A stretch of DNA of 64,000 bases from Blepharisma stoltei ATCC 30299 (taxonomy: Eukaryota > Protista > Ciliophora), in NCBI GenBank assembly GCA_965603825.1, contig CBFDEM010000006.1, positions 239,936 to 303,935 of the forward strand, written 5' to 3'. The translations under genes were made by a program, and so were the position numbers. Position 1 is the stretch's first letter; each line of letters opens with the position of its first letter. This document shows, piece by piece, positions 37,701 to 50,769 of the stretch. The notes under the pieces are model-generated. The model was not told the DNA's origin and did not search any database. It was given only the letters and a program-made list of their open reading frames with translations.

Positions 37701-40700
37701 TTACTAACAGCAGTCCCAATAACGAATGGGAAAGTTGCAGTAGAACCTGATGTGGAATCTGCAGTGATTGATACACCATTCCATGTGGTAGAAATTGTCC
37801 ATCCTGATGTAGTAGAGTTAGAAGTAGGCAAAGTTAAAGCACTATCAAGGTAAACTTGAATTGCTTGACTAGCAGCCAGGGAATTTCCTAATGTCAAAGA
37901 TACATAGCTACCAGACACAGAGCATGAAGAAGTGTATTGGTCAGTCCAGCAAGAATTTTGAATAGTGGATGACGATAAAGCCCAAGAGCTTACAAACCCT
38001 GGGTTGATTTGGATAATGCTGCCTGCTGGAATTGCTTTAGAAAAAGAAAAACTCAGATAAATGTCAGAAGTTGCTCCAGCTATATTAGGATATGCTTTCG
38101 CTACTAGTCCGCTATTTGTTGTCCCAGCTGCTGATGTGGCTGTTAAAGTGACAGAGTTTGCTGCAACGCCAAGGGTGTCTATATAATTGCCACTTCCATC
38201 AGATGTGCTTACAGCTGAAAAACAAGTTATAGATCCTGCAGTGGTAGTAGTAGGAATTATATGATAGATTTTTACAGTAATAACTCCTGCTGCAACTGAT
38301 GCAAATCCTGTCAAAGTCACAGTTGTTCCAGAGATTGTACAACTTTTAGAAACAGAATTAGAATAATTAGTAAAGCCAACTCCTTCACAAGTTGTGGCTA
38401 CAGCTGATGAACTTGTAGTCCATGTGCTACTAGAGAGAGTAAGTGTTATTATGCCATTTCCAGGAATAGCATTGACTGTTGTGAATGAAAGAGTGAGGGT
38501 AGAATCTACGGAATCTGAGCCTTGAGTGTATGCTTTATCAAGTGAGCATGTGTCAGATGTAATTGTGGCTGCGCTTAATGTTACTGAAATGCTACCTATG
38601 GCATAGCATGCTGCTGGCGTTGATGCTGCAGATGCTGAGTAAACAACTAAGCTGACTGAATTTGAATTTGAAGTCGTCCCTGTTGTTGATGAAGGAATCA
38701 AGTTACCAATTGTAAAAGTTGATGCTGTGGATGTTGAAAGAGTAATAGCACTTGCTGCAGTTCCAACTATAAATCCTCCTGTAAATGAGTTGCTTGATGA
38801 AGAAACAGTGTAAGCTGTTGAGGATACACCTCCTAATGTCACTGAGTAGCCAGATGATGACAGAGTGAAGCCTGCAGGCAAGCCGATTCCAATCCAATCT
38901 GATGCACTAACTGAAGCTCCAGTATGCACTTTGACAGATCCAGTAGTAGTAGCTGCACTACCACCAACTGTATAAGATGTAGGGCTTGTTACTGATGAGC
39001 TGTCGTAGCCAGCAGCAGAAGAAGCACTGTTTAAACTGGTTGAGGATGATCCAGTATATAAAACATATTGTATAGAAGGATCTGATCCAGCTGGAACATA
39101 GTAAAATGTTAAGGTTGCAGCTATTGGTCCAGTCGGCAATCCATTTGGTAGCAATAAAACAACTGAGCTGCCGCTGCTAACAGATCCTAGCCCAGATATT
39201 GTCACTTTATTTGAGGTAATAGTGGCTGATGGGGTAATTGAAGAGGATGTAGAAGTCACTGGAAAAGCATTACCATCTGTTACACCTGAGCCCAAATTAT
39301 TGCTAGAAACCCCAGAAAATGAGATGTCAAGAGAATAGTGATTTGTGGTATCTCCAAAGTTGAAAGCTAGATTTAAAGCGTGATAGTTAACTATAAGAGG
39401 AATTCCAGCAAATGTGTCTGTGCACATTGGAGTTGCTGTCAAGAGAGAATCTGATTGAGAATTATAAACTGAGAAAACGTAACTGGAGAATTCAACAGCC
39501 GTTGATGAGCTGCTTGACGAAAAGCCTTTTGCCCAGCATTCATAGAAAGTAGCAACATTTGATTGAACGAATGGGAGAGCAGTTGTTTTGCTGTCGCTTC
39601 CACCTGATGGATCTCCATATGAAAAAGCGAAGTATGGAGAAGTTCCTGGAACTGGAGCATTAGTTGAAGCAAAAGCAATTGAGATAGATCCTGAAGAGCC
39701 AGAAGTAGGCGTTGCAGTGTTTCCATTTGTCGTCAAAAGTGTTTGGTCTTGAGTATTATCAGCAAAAGTCAAATCAGAATATGCTGCAGTAGATTTTATA
39801 AAAGTTTGGGTTAATTGCACTCCAGAATTAGAGAAAGGTAAATAAACCTTAAGAGTTGACCCAGTTCCCCATGAAGTTGATGGCTGTACATACCACAGTA
39901 AATACTGAGTAGTAGCAAGATAGCCTCCTTTCTGTATCCCAGAGGTGAGTCCAGTGCTGCCAAGGTACTTATTCTGGTCAGTTGCATAAAATTTGAAACT
40001 GGTCATTGATGCATAAGAAGAAGCAGAGCTAAAAGTCCAAGAAAATCCAGTAGCCAATGTATCAATATTTGCAGTGCCGTCATTGCTAATTATTGAACTG
40101 ACTTTTGCGCCTGAACTTAGTGCAGTTAAAAGTGTAATTGAAATTGATGAAGAAGCTGCCAAAGTAGCTCCACTAATTGATATGGTAGCAGTCGAAGAGG
40201 ATACGCTACAAGTAACTCCAGATACATAATTGTTCAAAAAGCACTTTCCAGCTGTTCCTGAATTAGTTTTAGGCTCTTGAAACCAATTTGAGGTTGATAT
40301 ATCTGCATTAGAAAAAGTAATAGCAATTGTTCCTGATGAAATTGGATGGGCTATTTGAAAAGTAAGCTTGGTGAAGATTGAAAAGTTGTTAGAATTGGTG
40401 CTTGGGATATCTGTAGAAGCAACATTGGAGTTATAAGGAGCCCATGAAGTTACTGTGATTGAGCCTGTAGCTGGGGTAAGAGGCCCACTTCCAGTGTATT
40501 GAGCAAGCAAATTAGTTGTTCCCCATCTCCATAATTTTAGTGTCCAGGAGTAGCTTGATGATGACACTGCTGATGATGGAAAAGTGAAGCTGGAAACTTG
40601 AAGCTTGATCTGATAGCTTGAATTAATAATCACATCTTGAGACAGTCCATATATATAAACACTATTTGTAGCAGGGGTAGCTGTCGATGCTGCTGTGCTA

Positions 40701-41437
40701 AATCCTCCGTTAGCGCCTCCGGAAGCTGCAACAGCACAAGGCAAAGAATTGTCACCTTTAGGGCCTTTGATGCTGTTAGTCACTGTAGAAATGTCTACTG
40801 ATGCACAAGTAGGGCTTGTAGAGACAGTCCAATGGCTATCAGGGACAATTTCAAAAATATCATGCTTCCAAAGATTAGTACCAGCAGGAATTGAAAAAGA
40901 GAAAATGAGGGCATCTTTTGAGCCGACAATACCAGTTGTTGAAGTTAGTGTAGCAGCAGATATTGTCAGAGAAGATGAGCTTGAGACAGAGGCAGATACT
41001 GCGACACAACCGAATACGTAGTTTGTGTCATAGATTTGCCCAGTTGATGAAGATCTAGTGATCAGCTGGAAAGGTCCATAAACTCCTGCAGAGGGTAGAG
41101 AAGTTGATAACTGGAATTGTGCTGTCATATCTGTGCCACCTGTTATTGTCATTGAGCTTGAAGTATAAGTTCCAGTGCTTGAGAAGCTTGATGGGACTAT
41201 TAATTGTAAAATCCCAGAGTTCCCATCAGAATTTACAGATGTAAAAGGTCTAAAATGGACAATCACATAAACATTGCTATTACCAGAGTTAGTTTGAGTG
41301 AGCTCAATTGGATTAGGAGCCCACTTGTCTTGCCACCAGGTAATTCTGCCAGGATCTAAGAATCCATTCTTCGAACTCATTGTAGGGTCAGCTAAAGCAA
41401 GTCATATTAAAGCGATAAAGCTTATCAGACTTTTCAT
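34751..41437 (-). CDS. Giant Ser/Thr-rich secreted, putatively GPI-anchored surface protein, paralogue 1 (2228 aa)
   Basis: 2209-aa ORF extends upstream through one TGA to ATG 41437, giving signal peptide MKSLISFIALIWLALA; beta-strand-rich, SSRMLQ motif, GPI-signal-like tail. Confidence 0.92.
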
Positions 41438-42351
41438 TTTTGAGTTAGAAATTTTGAATCGGCTTAAGTGCGTTACAAAACAGAAATCTGAAAAAATTTT
41501 AACGATTTTTGTTTTTGCGAAGAAAGGGAGATTTCATATTTATCTGTAGTATAGGGACTTTTGCAGGGGAAGTCTATAATAATAAAGATGCGGGGAGGAA
41601 AACTTAAGCTCCTGCCCTCTAAAAGCAGATGGGAAGGTTGGGAAAAGATTCTAGATAATTTTGAGGTAAAAAGAAGGTGAAAATCAGAAATCAGGAAGGT
41701 CGGGATAGGATGATAGAACTGATTTTAACAAAATTTTTGGGACCTAACGATTTAGAAGCACTTAAGGGCTAAGCAGCCGGCTGGCAGAAGCATTTAATTG
41801 GAGGTCTTTCTGGTTAAAAAATTGTTTGATGTTCATTGATAGAAGCTGAGAAAAGGAGGGCAACTTTTGGTCTAAAAATTGATAATTTTAATGAGTTACA
41901 TTTTTATAAAACTTGATAAATTTAAAAGAAATTTTACAAAAGTGCTTTAATTTGCATTTGTAGCTTAAATAAAGACTTCTTCGCTTAGAGCGAGTAGGAG
42001 AAGGAGGAATTAAATCATTCAACTTCAGAATTTTATTTATAAAAAGGACCAATAAAAATGGATGCGGTACATGCGAATTACTGGAGATTTAATATGGCGG
42101 CTAGAAAGCTTATAATAAGTGCCTAGTAAGAAATTGGGATATAGGCTTGGCTTATACATAAAAGAAAAGCTTAATCTCTTTCTATTAATAGATTTTATTT
42201 TGTTTAAAAGCAAAAACGAAAAATTCCAGATTTTTAATCGTAATATCCACTTAGCAGCAATAAAAAATTTGTGCATTATTTCTTATTGAAATGCTAGAGT
42301 AGATATGAATTAGAATTAAATTTTTGAAGCATGCATAATCATAAAATTACT

Positions 42352-43062
42352 CTAGATTATATTTTTAAATGTAAGATAAGCATTCCTGATTACTATCCGT
42401 AGCTCTTCAGCTGCCTTCTCATTACCTGACATCAGCATCAGGTATGTCTTAGTCATTATTGAAATCTCGCTTGCACCACTGCTCAATTCTGCTTCTATTT
42501 TCTCTTTAATTCTCTTCATTTTCTCGACTCTTTCCCTTTTCTGCTTTATTTTTTCCTTATATATTGACTTGTTTTTCTTTGAAAGTGTTACAGCCTTTAA
42601 AATAAATTTTCTTTCATACTTTTGAGCCTCTTCTTCCTATATAAAATTTACATTTAAATAATAGTGGAAACTGTCGTTTAATAGAAAATTTTTTGGATAC
42701 CAAGTTAATGCATAATCGACTATTTGAAAAGCATTTTTTTTGTGTTTCCCTTTATGTGAAGCTATAAGGGAGTCTTCATTAGACTTCACATGCTTAATTA
42801 TATTTTCAATAGGCGAGGGGCTCTGTTTTCTTAAAAAATTTATGATACACCCAACTGCGGTTTTTTCAAAAACCGCAGATGACTCATTAAGTTGGCTGAG
42901 TTGCCCTTTTTTATTTTTCTGTTTTGAATTTAGACTTGAAGGGCTTTCTTGATGATTATAAGTAGGAGCAGTTCTAATTATTAGCTCTTCTTCAGTTTCA
43001 GGAAAATATTCAATGTCGTGAGGTTCATTTTGAGTTTGGATGTCAGTATTAATTTTGACCAT
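42352..43062 (-). CDS. Subfamily Y protein (Y3); 15-nt intron 42637-42651
   Basis: KTAVGCIINFLRKQSPSPIENII; same intron position; exon 2 has TKTYL...IRNAYL. Confidence 0.78.
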
Positions 43063-43401
43063 CTTAATTTTTATCAAATAATTAGATAAACAGATATATT
43101 TAAGACTTAAAATTGAGCCATCCTACACTCTGAAATCGATAACTAGATCTTTGCAAATGTATTTATTCTTAATAAAATAATTGGGCTTGTCTATTGCAAC
43201 CCTAGAGATTCAAAGGACAAGATTGAAATTGATAATCTTTAGTCTGAATGTATAAAAGATTATTTAATTTGTCCTTATAGTCTTCTTTAGAGCATAAGAA
43301 TATGCTAAATGAGTGGCGAATAATTAATTAGTATTTGGCATAAAAGCAATTTTAATGATAAGACATATTGATTAAAAGCTAAAGCTGATGCTCTAATAAA
43401 T

Positions 43402-43968
43402 TTAGCTGTTAGAAATTGTATTAGTGATAGACAAAGGCTCAAAAAATTCAAAAATTTGTTTTTGAGCACTTTCATTGGAAGATTCTAAAATTTCTTCAAG
43501 CTGCTCGAGCTTAAGAAAAATATCCATATCGATCAACTCGTTAAAAATTTTGAATTTTTCTTGCTTGGTTTTATCTTTTTTATTTAATTTTGCCCTTATT
43601 TCATGCTTCTTTTCTTTTATTTCCTTGATCTCTAAAATTTTTTTTTGCTCATATTCTGTGGCAGCCTTTTCCTAAATAATAATTACATCAAGTGCCCAAA
43701 GACCGTTTTGGTTTTCGATGAAAATATGCTGCTTGGCTACGAGTTTTGATAGAGTTAGCTTTTCAATATTTTTGTTTCTATATCTTTTTGAGTGTTTGGT
43801 CCGGAGATTCTTATTGCTCGCCACACACTCTATTAATTCGTACAGAGTGGCTTGGCCATATCTTCTGAGGTGCCCAATTAGGTTTCCTTCAATGGTGTTG
43901 TTGAATTGATAGGTGAAATCACTGAAAGCTGATTCTGGAGAATTTTGTCTTATTGTTCTGGCTACCAT
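43402..43968 (-). CDS. Subfamily X protein (X4); 15-nt intron 43672-43686
   Basis: NTIEGNLIGHLRRYGQATLYELI...GLWALD, intron, ...KLEQLEEILESSN. Confidence 0.75.
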
Positions 43969-45363
43969 TTAAAATTATAAGAACCTGCTAAATTTATACC
44001 TAGAAAATTTTTTTGCGTTAAGTTTTTAGTTTAAAGTGTTTAAAAAGTCGGGTGATTGCACTTTTGGTTGATTTTGATAAAAAATTCAATAAAATATCAA
44101 AATTAAAAAAAAGCGTTTTTTCGTGCGTTTTTTTATCTAGCATAGGGTATCATTTTTAAAAGTTGAAGAAGATTAAAAGAGTATTTTTCAGCTTGAAATA
44201 ATAGAGAATAATATTTTATTTTATATGGAAGCAACAATTTTGGTATCAGAAACTTTAACTTTTGAATATTCTAATTTTTATCTGTGATATTTTATTTGAG
44301 ATATACTAAAAATAAAGAAGGTAAAAAATATTACTGCCAAATAAGCTTTAACGAAACATTGGCATCTGAAGAGATATCAGGGTTATTAGCTCCTAAATAT
44401 TAATTAAGTTAAGAAAAACTTGAAAAGAAGCAATATAGGCTCAATAGAGAGACAAACATAGAGAATCTAACTAAGCAAAGTATATAAACCAAATAGCTCA
44501 TTATTTAAATGAAAAGTATAGCCATCAGTGTGACCTTTGAGCCTAAAAGTATATAGAAGCGTTTTTAGCTTTGAAAATATATTTTAATTATGTAAATCTT
44601 AGTTATGTTAATATAAGGTATCTGATTTCCATCATACTTAGCTTATAGACTTTGAGATAAAAAATTATTAAGCATCTAATTAGCTATTATCCTTAGAATT
44701 TCGTCATAAATTTATCTTTATAGTAAAATCATTAATTATAATTTATCGATGAAATGGATTTCAAAGCTTACCGAGGGCTAGCTCAAGAAAAGAATCCACA
44801 AAATCAATACCGACGAGGAGAAACTAAGATTTACAAAGCCATTGATTTGCAGGCTGGGCTTAAAGGCCATTCCTAAAAGTAAGAACGTTTTGCAGGCTCA
44901 ATCAAACTCCTTAAAGTCCCAAGACCAAAGCTATGACACTCTATTAGTCTCAAAAAATTATTTAACTTTCGGCATTTAATAATAATCAAATTTTCCTTTA
45001 ATATCTGTATACCCATCCTTATAAAACTTAATATCTCCGATTTTCTACTTTACAAGCACTTTTATATAAGCTCCTGCTCTCTGTGCCAAATTTTCATTGA
45101 TAATTTCAATAATCCCATACCTCTCAATCAAATTAATTTCAAATTCACAGAAAAATGAGACTTCGGAACTGTATACACGCCATAACCGATTTCAATAATA
45201 ATATTTTGCCCTATAAGCAGATCAGAAATTTTTATTTTTGCTTCTCCATCATCTTGCAAATTATTTCCATATCAAAATATGGCTTCGGCATTTAAGGAAG
45301 AAATTAAATCAAATCCTAAAAAGAGCTTATTTTTACGCCTCATAAATTAGGGGATCATAATAA

Positions 45364-46023
45364 ATGTCGAATTTAATTGAAGTAGATAAAATTAGAGCAT
45401 TAGCCGATAGATTGGTTAGAGTCCGTGATTTGCTCACACCATTAAATGTAAACAGCCGTCAAAAAAAGAGAGAAATTCCAAACTACATCAAAGAAGAACT
45501 TGTAAAAATATATGATGAGTACGGAGGATCGGGCGTGTTCAAAAAACTTTTTAACATTTCTTCTAAACGTCTACGAGCCTGACGTAAAAAATTAAAAGAA
45601 AATCCCAATTGCTTTTCCAGCGTGAATACCCTTACAACTGATAAATCTGCAATCTGCATAGACGACACAGAAGAAATTAAAAACACTATAGAAAAGAAAT
45701 CCTTATTAGAAGAGGTCAAGAAAAAAGAAGAAACTAATAAAATTTCTTATATAAATGAAGTCAGGAATATTTTATCAAAAGAAATCATTGATAAATGTGA
45801 AGAAATTAAGCACACATTAAAAATCGCTAAGACAAAGAAAAACAAGTGGCTTGATAGTGAAATTAAACAAGAAATTGTGGCATTAGTGAATCAAGTCGGA
45901 TATGCTAAACCGATTGCAGTAATTTTAGATATTGATGAAAGGATAATTGAAGATTGGAGAAACAGCTCTGCAGGAGAAATAAAAGAAGGCAATGAAGGAT
46001 TGTTTGATGAAATATATAGATAA
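45364..46023 (+). CDS. Protein with two transposase-type HTH repeats (219 aa)
   Basis: ORFs 45364-45582 and 45622-46023 joined by TGA=Trp; IKEELV...FNISSKRLRAWRK and IKQEIV...LDIDERIIEDWRN. Confidence 0.7.
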
Positions 46024-46773
46024 ATTTTAGCTACAATTTTATAGTTATTTATAAGCATACTTAACTAATATCAGAAATTAAACGGTTTTTAGGGATCTAA
46101 AAAACTTTAGGCCATCCTGATTCCTTGATAAGTTTAAGAAAACACATAGATAGTTTTAAAAGCAGCTATAAAGCAAAATATCAAATTGAAATAAGGAGCT
46201 ATAGATCCTAGTAATAGAAAAAGTTACGAAATGGCAAATACCATTTTATAGCACCTTATGGTCTATTTTTGTAATCGCATCAACTAAAAAACGAAAGGAA
46301 AAGGCAATTAATAATATAAGAAGCCTATTCAAAAATTAGCATTATGCTATTTAATTTTAATTTTTACATGCTATTTATAAACATATTTATTTATTAACAG
46401 AAATCTAACGGAGAGAAAATAAAGATACACATCCTAGATTTTATGCAATGTGAAAAGACTATAAAGCGCCTTTAAAATTTACTTATAGTATAAGCCAGCT
46501 ATTTATGAAATTGAATTTTACAGAAGTAGCAGATGGAATTGCATTAATAGGCTATCAGCTGGCCTGGAGGCAAAATAGAAGAAAAATTTTAAAATTTCAG
46601 ATAGAATAGTTATGCTTATTCGCAATAAAATGCAGACTTTCTAGGCATACTTATTTATTATGCTAAAAGTATCTAATAAAAAAAGATTAAACCTTAATAT
46701 GAATAAAAATGCATGGCAAAGCCTAATTAATTTTTATTATTCTTATTAATATTTAATTTAGTTAATTAGAAAG

Positions 46774-49700
46774 CTAAATATCAAACATCGTTGATGTATT
46801 GTCTAAAACAATATGTGAATTGCTTTCATTTCTAGCATCATTTTTTGGACGCTGAGGAATAGAATTTTCTATTCTATTTTTACTGCGGCACCACTCTTTT
46901 AAAGAGTTTAATGCTGAGCATAAAGTTTGTATCCCCATTAGGGATATTATAAAATAAATGATGGCATCGTCCGTTCATTCAAAATCCATGTAGCAGAGAC
47001 TAACCAAGATAAAGACTACAAAAATCCCGCATTCTGTTATTATTTGAATCCAAACAATAAAACAATTCTTAAAAGGGCGATTAGCACATAAAAAATAAAT
47101 AATCTATATAAAATATACGTATAATGATAGAGCTCCATTGATTGCAAGCTGAGCTGCAGGCCATTCATTTAAAAATACCTGAGCTATAAGAAATATCAAT
47201 CTTCTTAGATAATATAACGTATAGAATTGGGTGCTCCAAAACCCTTTGTCATTCTTAAATTCTCTGTATATGGGTTTCAATGCATCCAGTCATTCTTCAT
47301 TACTTCTGCTTCTAATTTTGTCTAAACAGAAAAACCAAAAGCATGCATTAAGAATAGGAGCAATAACTACTACAGCCTAAATTACCATTACAACAACAAA
47401 TCAGCAAAGAAAATAGTTCGTGGAATATAGCGCATTATCAAAAACTTTATCAGTTGTTGTACTCAAAATGCCAACTACAGCTGAGAAGCTATGATCAAGA
47501 TAAGATGCGATCAAAAATTGTAAAAAGAAACCAAATTTATTACTAAGAATATACCTTTGAGAGTTTATCCGAATCAAGTAAGCAAGAAAAATAGCAATAT
47601 AAATGAATGAGATAAGAACTAAGTTGTCTCCTATATTAACCAGTAGCAAATAACTATTATAACCAAATTTTGAAGCCCTACTATATGGGGCTGAATTCGA
47701 TTGATCTATGAACAGAAGAAAAAGATTAGGAACAAGCTTAAAATCAGTGAGGGATTTCAAAAAATCCGATACTTTATCAGATAGGGGATAGTCGGCATAA
47801 GGGATGTAAGTAAATATTTGGATATTGTTCAAAATCGTGAGCAGTGCAGAAGGGTTTGGGCTGATTAACCCAGAAAGAATGCTTAGAAAAGCCACAATTT
47901 CTCCTGGAGAATCTGGAAAGTTAAAGTCAAAAGCTGATTGCTGATGATATTTTATTGAAGAGCTATACAAAGCACTTTCTAAATATTTTTCGTGAATTAA
48001 ACCTCCCGAAACAGATACAATGCTTGCCGAATTCACAAAATAGATTGTAATATTTGTGCCTTTTGAGATTTCTCCTTCAAACCTGCATGATATTAAAAAT
48101 TCTGTGCTTGAAAGTTTGGAAACTGATCATGATGGAATTGTATCATTATGAATTTTTATAGAAATTTGGTCCTTTCTTAAATCCTGCTTTAAGGCTTCAC
48201 TGAAGTTTAAAACCAAAGTATTATTTTCGTTAATGCTAAGAGAAACATCAAAGGGAATATCTATGCATGCTTCAGTTCCTGTGTAACCAGGAGAGCAAAT
48301 GCAGCTTCCAGAACTCAATGTAGCATTGCTAATGCACCTTGTGCACTTACTCTCGCTGTCACATTCAGCACAAAGAGGAGGGCAATCATAGCAGGAATCG
48401 TTCGCTTTGAATTGCCATTGGTGGCAAGGCTCACAGACTCCTAAAGTTGAGTTCCAAGCAAGACCATAGTTACATTGACAATTTGTTGTATTGAAAGCAC
48501 CAGCGGCACATTTAGTGCAAGATTCTGAGGTAAAATCATAGCAAGATTCGCATTTTGGATTCTTGCAAAGATTACAATTACTACTAGAAGCCCTACAACT
48601 TGGACATCCACTGCTACACTTGTAGCATTTATTATATTGTGGACCATACCAATATTGGCTAATTAGACAATTTGGAATGCAGGTTCCATTTGTAAGGCAT
48701 GCTTTGCAATTTTCTGTGCACTGTCCTGCTGGTGATGAAAGTGTTGATATGCTTGCTACTGAGTTGTAGCCCTTTATATCATAAATAAATCCTTTAAAAT
48801 AACTTTTATAGCCTGCAGAATCTTTTTCTGCTCCTATGGTAAAAGTAATATCTGTTTTTGTATCTTCAAAATAATCAGATCCGAAAGCAAGCTGGCTGTT
48901 TATTACTCCGTTCAAGTACAAAATCATGTTGGCCTGCTTTATATTGGCATATTCTACAGCAAATGCTATATGGGCCCATTCATAGGATTCAAGACTTTGT
49001 AAATAAAAGAAAGGACTCAATCCAGCAGTCTTAAGGTTTAATGAAATAAGAGGAACTCCAGCTACTATTTGGAGCGAAAAGATTGGATTATAAAGCAAAT
49101 CTTGCTTTGATATGATGGATCCAAAGCTATTTTCTATATTAATTCATATAGCAAAAGTGAAAGAGTAGCCAAAGCTGAGAACTGGATCACTGTATTCAGA
49201 ATAAGGAGGCAGATGCATTAAAGAGCTGACTCCATTAAAATAAAATCCTCTATTGAAAGCTGCCACTGGATCAAACTCATCGTAATCTGGGTAAAAATCT
49301 ATGCTGTTTCCAGTTACGGCTGGAATTTTGCTTTGCTTGTCATAAACAACTCCTTTCAGAGTATCAAATGAGAGATAAAATATGAAAGGATCATTTTCGA
49401 CACAATCTGAATCACTTTCTATAAACCCATCTGGGCACTTAGAAACACACCATCCAAGATACATATAAAAGCTAGATGCACAAAGCATGCAGTCAACGCA
49501 ATTATTGCATAAATTGCAAGGTACACATGATCTTAATGACTCTTCTCAGAAAGTGTCTTCATTACATTGGCAGACTCCATTATTAATACTAGCATTATTA
49601 ATACACTTGTTGCAAGTCAAATCATGATTATTGCATTCTAGGCATCTTTCTTGATAGCACATATTGCAATTGTCAGCAACGGTGCATTCCCCTTTTACTA

Positions 49701-50259
49701 AAATTAAGCCTGAAAGCGCTGGTCTTTCAATGACTGCATAAAATCGAACCTGCAAATTACCATCTTGGTAAGCACCAGATGCTACTCTTCCATCAATAGA
49801 AACATTTCGATCCAAAAAATTAAATGATATAAAAATATCATAAGCCGTAAGAAATCCAGCTGCAGCAACCAAATCTAAATGACTAGCAACAACATGGTCT
49901 CCAATAGTGACATTAAAAACTCTTTGATTGGTGTATTCATACTGAATTTCTGCGAATTGAAGAACGAGAACATAAGATCCTTCTGAACTTATTGGGAGAT
50001 TGTACTCTCAAGTTCCTTTGCACAATCTACAACTTTGGTAAATAAAGCCATTGACTGTGTTATTAATAGTGTTTAGGTTTTGGAGAGCGTCACAATATTT
50101 TCCCGCATAATAATTAGTATCATCAATATATGAAAAGCCCAGAGAGGATGCATATTCTTCGCCTCCTGCATTGATGGCCAAAGCAATATTTGAGCCATCT
50201 AATGTGTAAACAAGCAGAAAATTTAATGCAATTAGTCCAAAATAGAGGTGGCGAATCAT
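46774..50259 (-). CDS. Receptor-like protein: signal peptide, malectin-like domain, Cys-rich furin/EGF-like repeats, LamG-like domain, multi-TM C-terminus (~1156 aa); 15-nt intron 47377-47391
   Basis: AINAGG...LVLQFAEI..RVFNV (malectin), CxxC repeats, WAHIAF..LYLNG..FKGFIYDI (LamG), IYREFK...FY...RR TM block; five ORFs in frame via TGA=Trp. Confidence 0.85.
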
Positions 50260-50435
50260 TTTATTTATATCAGTTCGTAAATTTAGCTTGTAATGAAGAT
50301 AAAAATATGGTAATCATAATGACGAAAACATTTATTATTAAAGAGACATTTCTTGATGCTTTGAAATTGATGCTCCTAGCTGCTTCTTGCAAAAATCTTA
50401 ATTTTTAGTTTCTGCTAAATTTTCTTGGGTCTATT

Positions 50436-50725
50436 TCCATAGCTATCACTCGAAATCATATTATGTTATTAATTGATGTTTATTCTGAAGACATTAAAAA
50501 GTTTCTAAGTTTTCCTTTCCGATTAATCAAATAATCTTTTTAATTTTAGGATTGAAGGAGCGAAACTATCCTTTCTTAATTATTTAATCAAATTGGTTGA
50601 TGATAATTTGATAGTTAGGGCATTAAAAGGCTAAATTTTAAGAGTTGCAAAAATTATAATTTCACCCTATGTTACAGTAAATTGCGTACCATGACATTAT
50701 AAAATTATTTGCATATTTTAGTTAT
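50436..50725. repeat. Direct duplication with ~55160-55512
   Basis: catagctatcactcgaaat...ttaggattgaaggagcga...gttgcaaaaattataattt...ttagttat shared. Confidence 0.8.
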
Positions 50726-50769
50726 TGATAAAAGCCAGGCAAATTCAAATCGAAGCACAAGTTATAATT

